DNA of 63,814 nt, the filler included, from Octopus bimaculoides (lineage: Eukaryota): the NCBI RefSeq assembly GCF_001194135.2. It is 7 parts of 6 records of this genome, joined end to end, with 100 filler letters (N's around TTAATTAATTAA, not from the genome) between each part and the next. Parts side by side here need not be neighbours in the genome. Positions count along the whole stretch, not along the records: positions 62,548 to 63,814 come from NC_068986.1; 6 more parts are not named here. One strand, written 5' to 3'. Below the pieces are notes generated by a model. The model was given only the letters and a program-made list of their open reading frames with translations, ran no database searches and was not told the origin of the DNA. Each line of letters begins with the position of its first letter. The stretch's first letter is position 1. A program made the translations under genes and the position numbers. Of the stretch, positions 63,345-63,814 are shown in pieces.

Positions 63345-63665
63345 ACTGTAGTTCCAATATCTACCGTTAGGCGTCGTCGTCACTCGTGATTCCCGCGATT
63401 GTTTTGAATTCAGATTTGTTTACGTCTGTTTATCGACTACTTTCTCATTCTCATTCATTTGTGACTTTATTTTTGCCCCCATGGCTCTTAAGAAAATTCA
63501 TAGTGAAAGTGCTAAGCGTCATGCTATAACACTGGAAGATAACTAGCTATGATAAAACGCCATGAAAAAGTTGAAGAAATGGTAGCAATTGGACGATGCT
63601 TTGGGATGAGTCGGACAATTGTATCGATGATTGTACATAATAAGAACAAGATTTTAGCACACATG
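63345..63665 (+). mobile_element. Tigger/pogo-like transposase 5' remnant (CENP-B-type HTH)
   Basis: ATG at 63481: MALKKIHSESAKRHAITLED/LAMIKRHEK...IGRCFGMSRTIVSMIVHNKNKILAH, with one frameshift. Confidence 0.65.
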
Positions 63666-63814
63666 GTTTTTATTAATCATGTATTATTGAAAATGCATTC
63701 ATAAATAAAGTACAGAACAGGGAATGGTTATTATCGGTTTAGCCTAGAGACAAGTAAATTCGGCCTAGCCTAGCCTAGAGACAAGTTAATTCGACAGACA
63801 GACACACACACACA

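Overview
Repeat-dense, gap-ridden eukaryotic scaffold. It is inferred to be a coleoid cephalopod, most likely an Octopus draft assembly, from the SINE families and microsatellite load. Only one host coding exon can be supported: the first coding exon of a short-form stum/STUM homolog on the minus strand (5166-4959), whose intron runs toward the window start. The rest is a transposon mosaic: three tRNA-derived SINE families (about 35 copies), RTE, CR1/L2-group and Penelope-like retroelement fragments, mariner, maT (DD37D), DUF4817-type, Tigger and hAT DNA-transposon remnants, and several MITEs. Almost every ORF in the supplied track is a microsatellite or N-gap artefact. I found no multi-gene novel system. 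The best leads are RNA-level: a 130-nt near-perfect hairpin (pre-miRNA/hpRNA/MITE), two hammerhead-ribozyme-like motifs, a 145-bp insert made of consecutive hairpins, SINE-LINE 3'-tail sharing with a conserved stem-loop, a GG-terminal 8-bp-TSD MITE carrying telomere-type repeats, and a fold-back mariner with two left ends. All family assignments come from recalled motifs, not database searches. Repeat boundaries are approximate unless a TSD/TIR is quoted.
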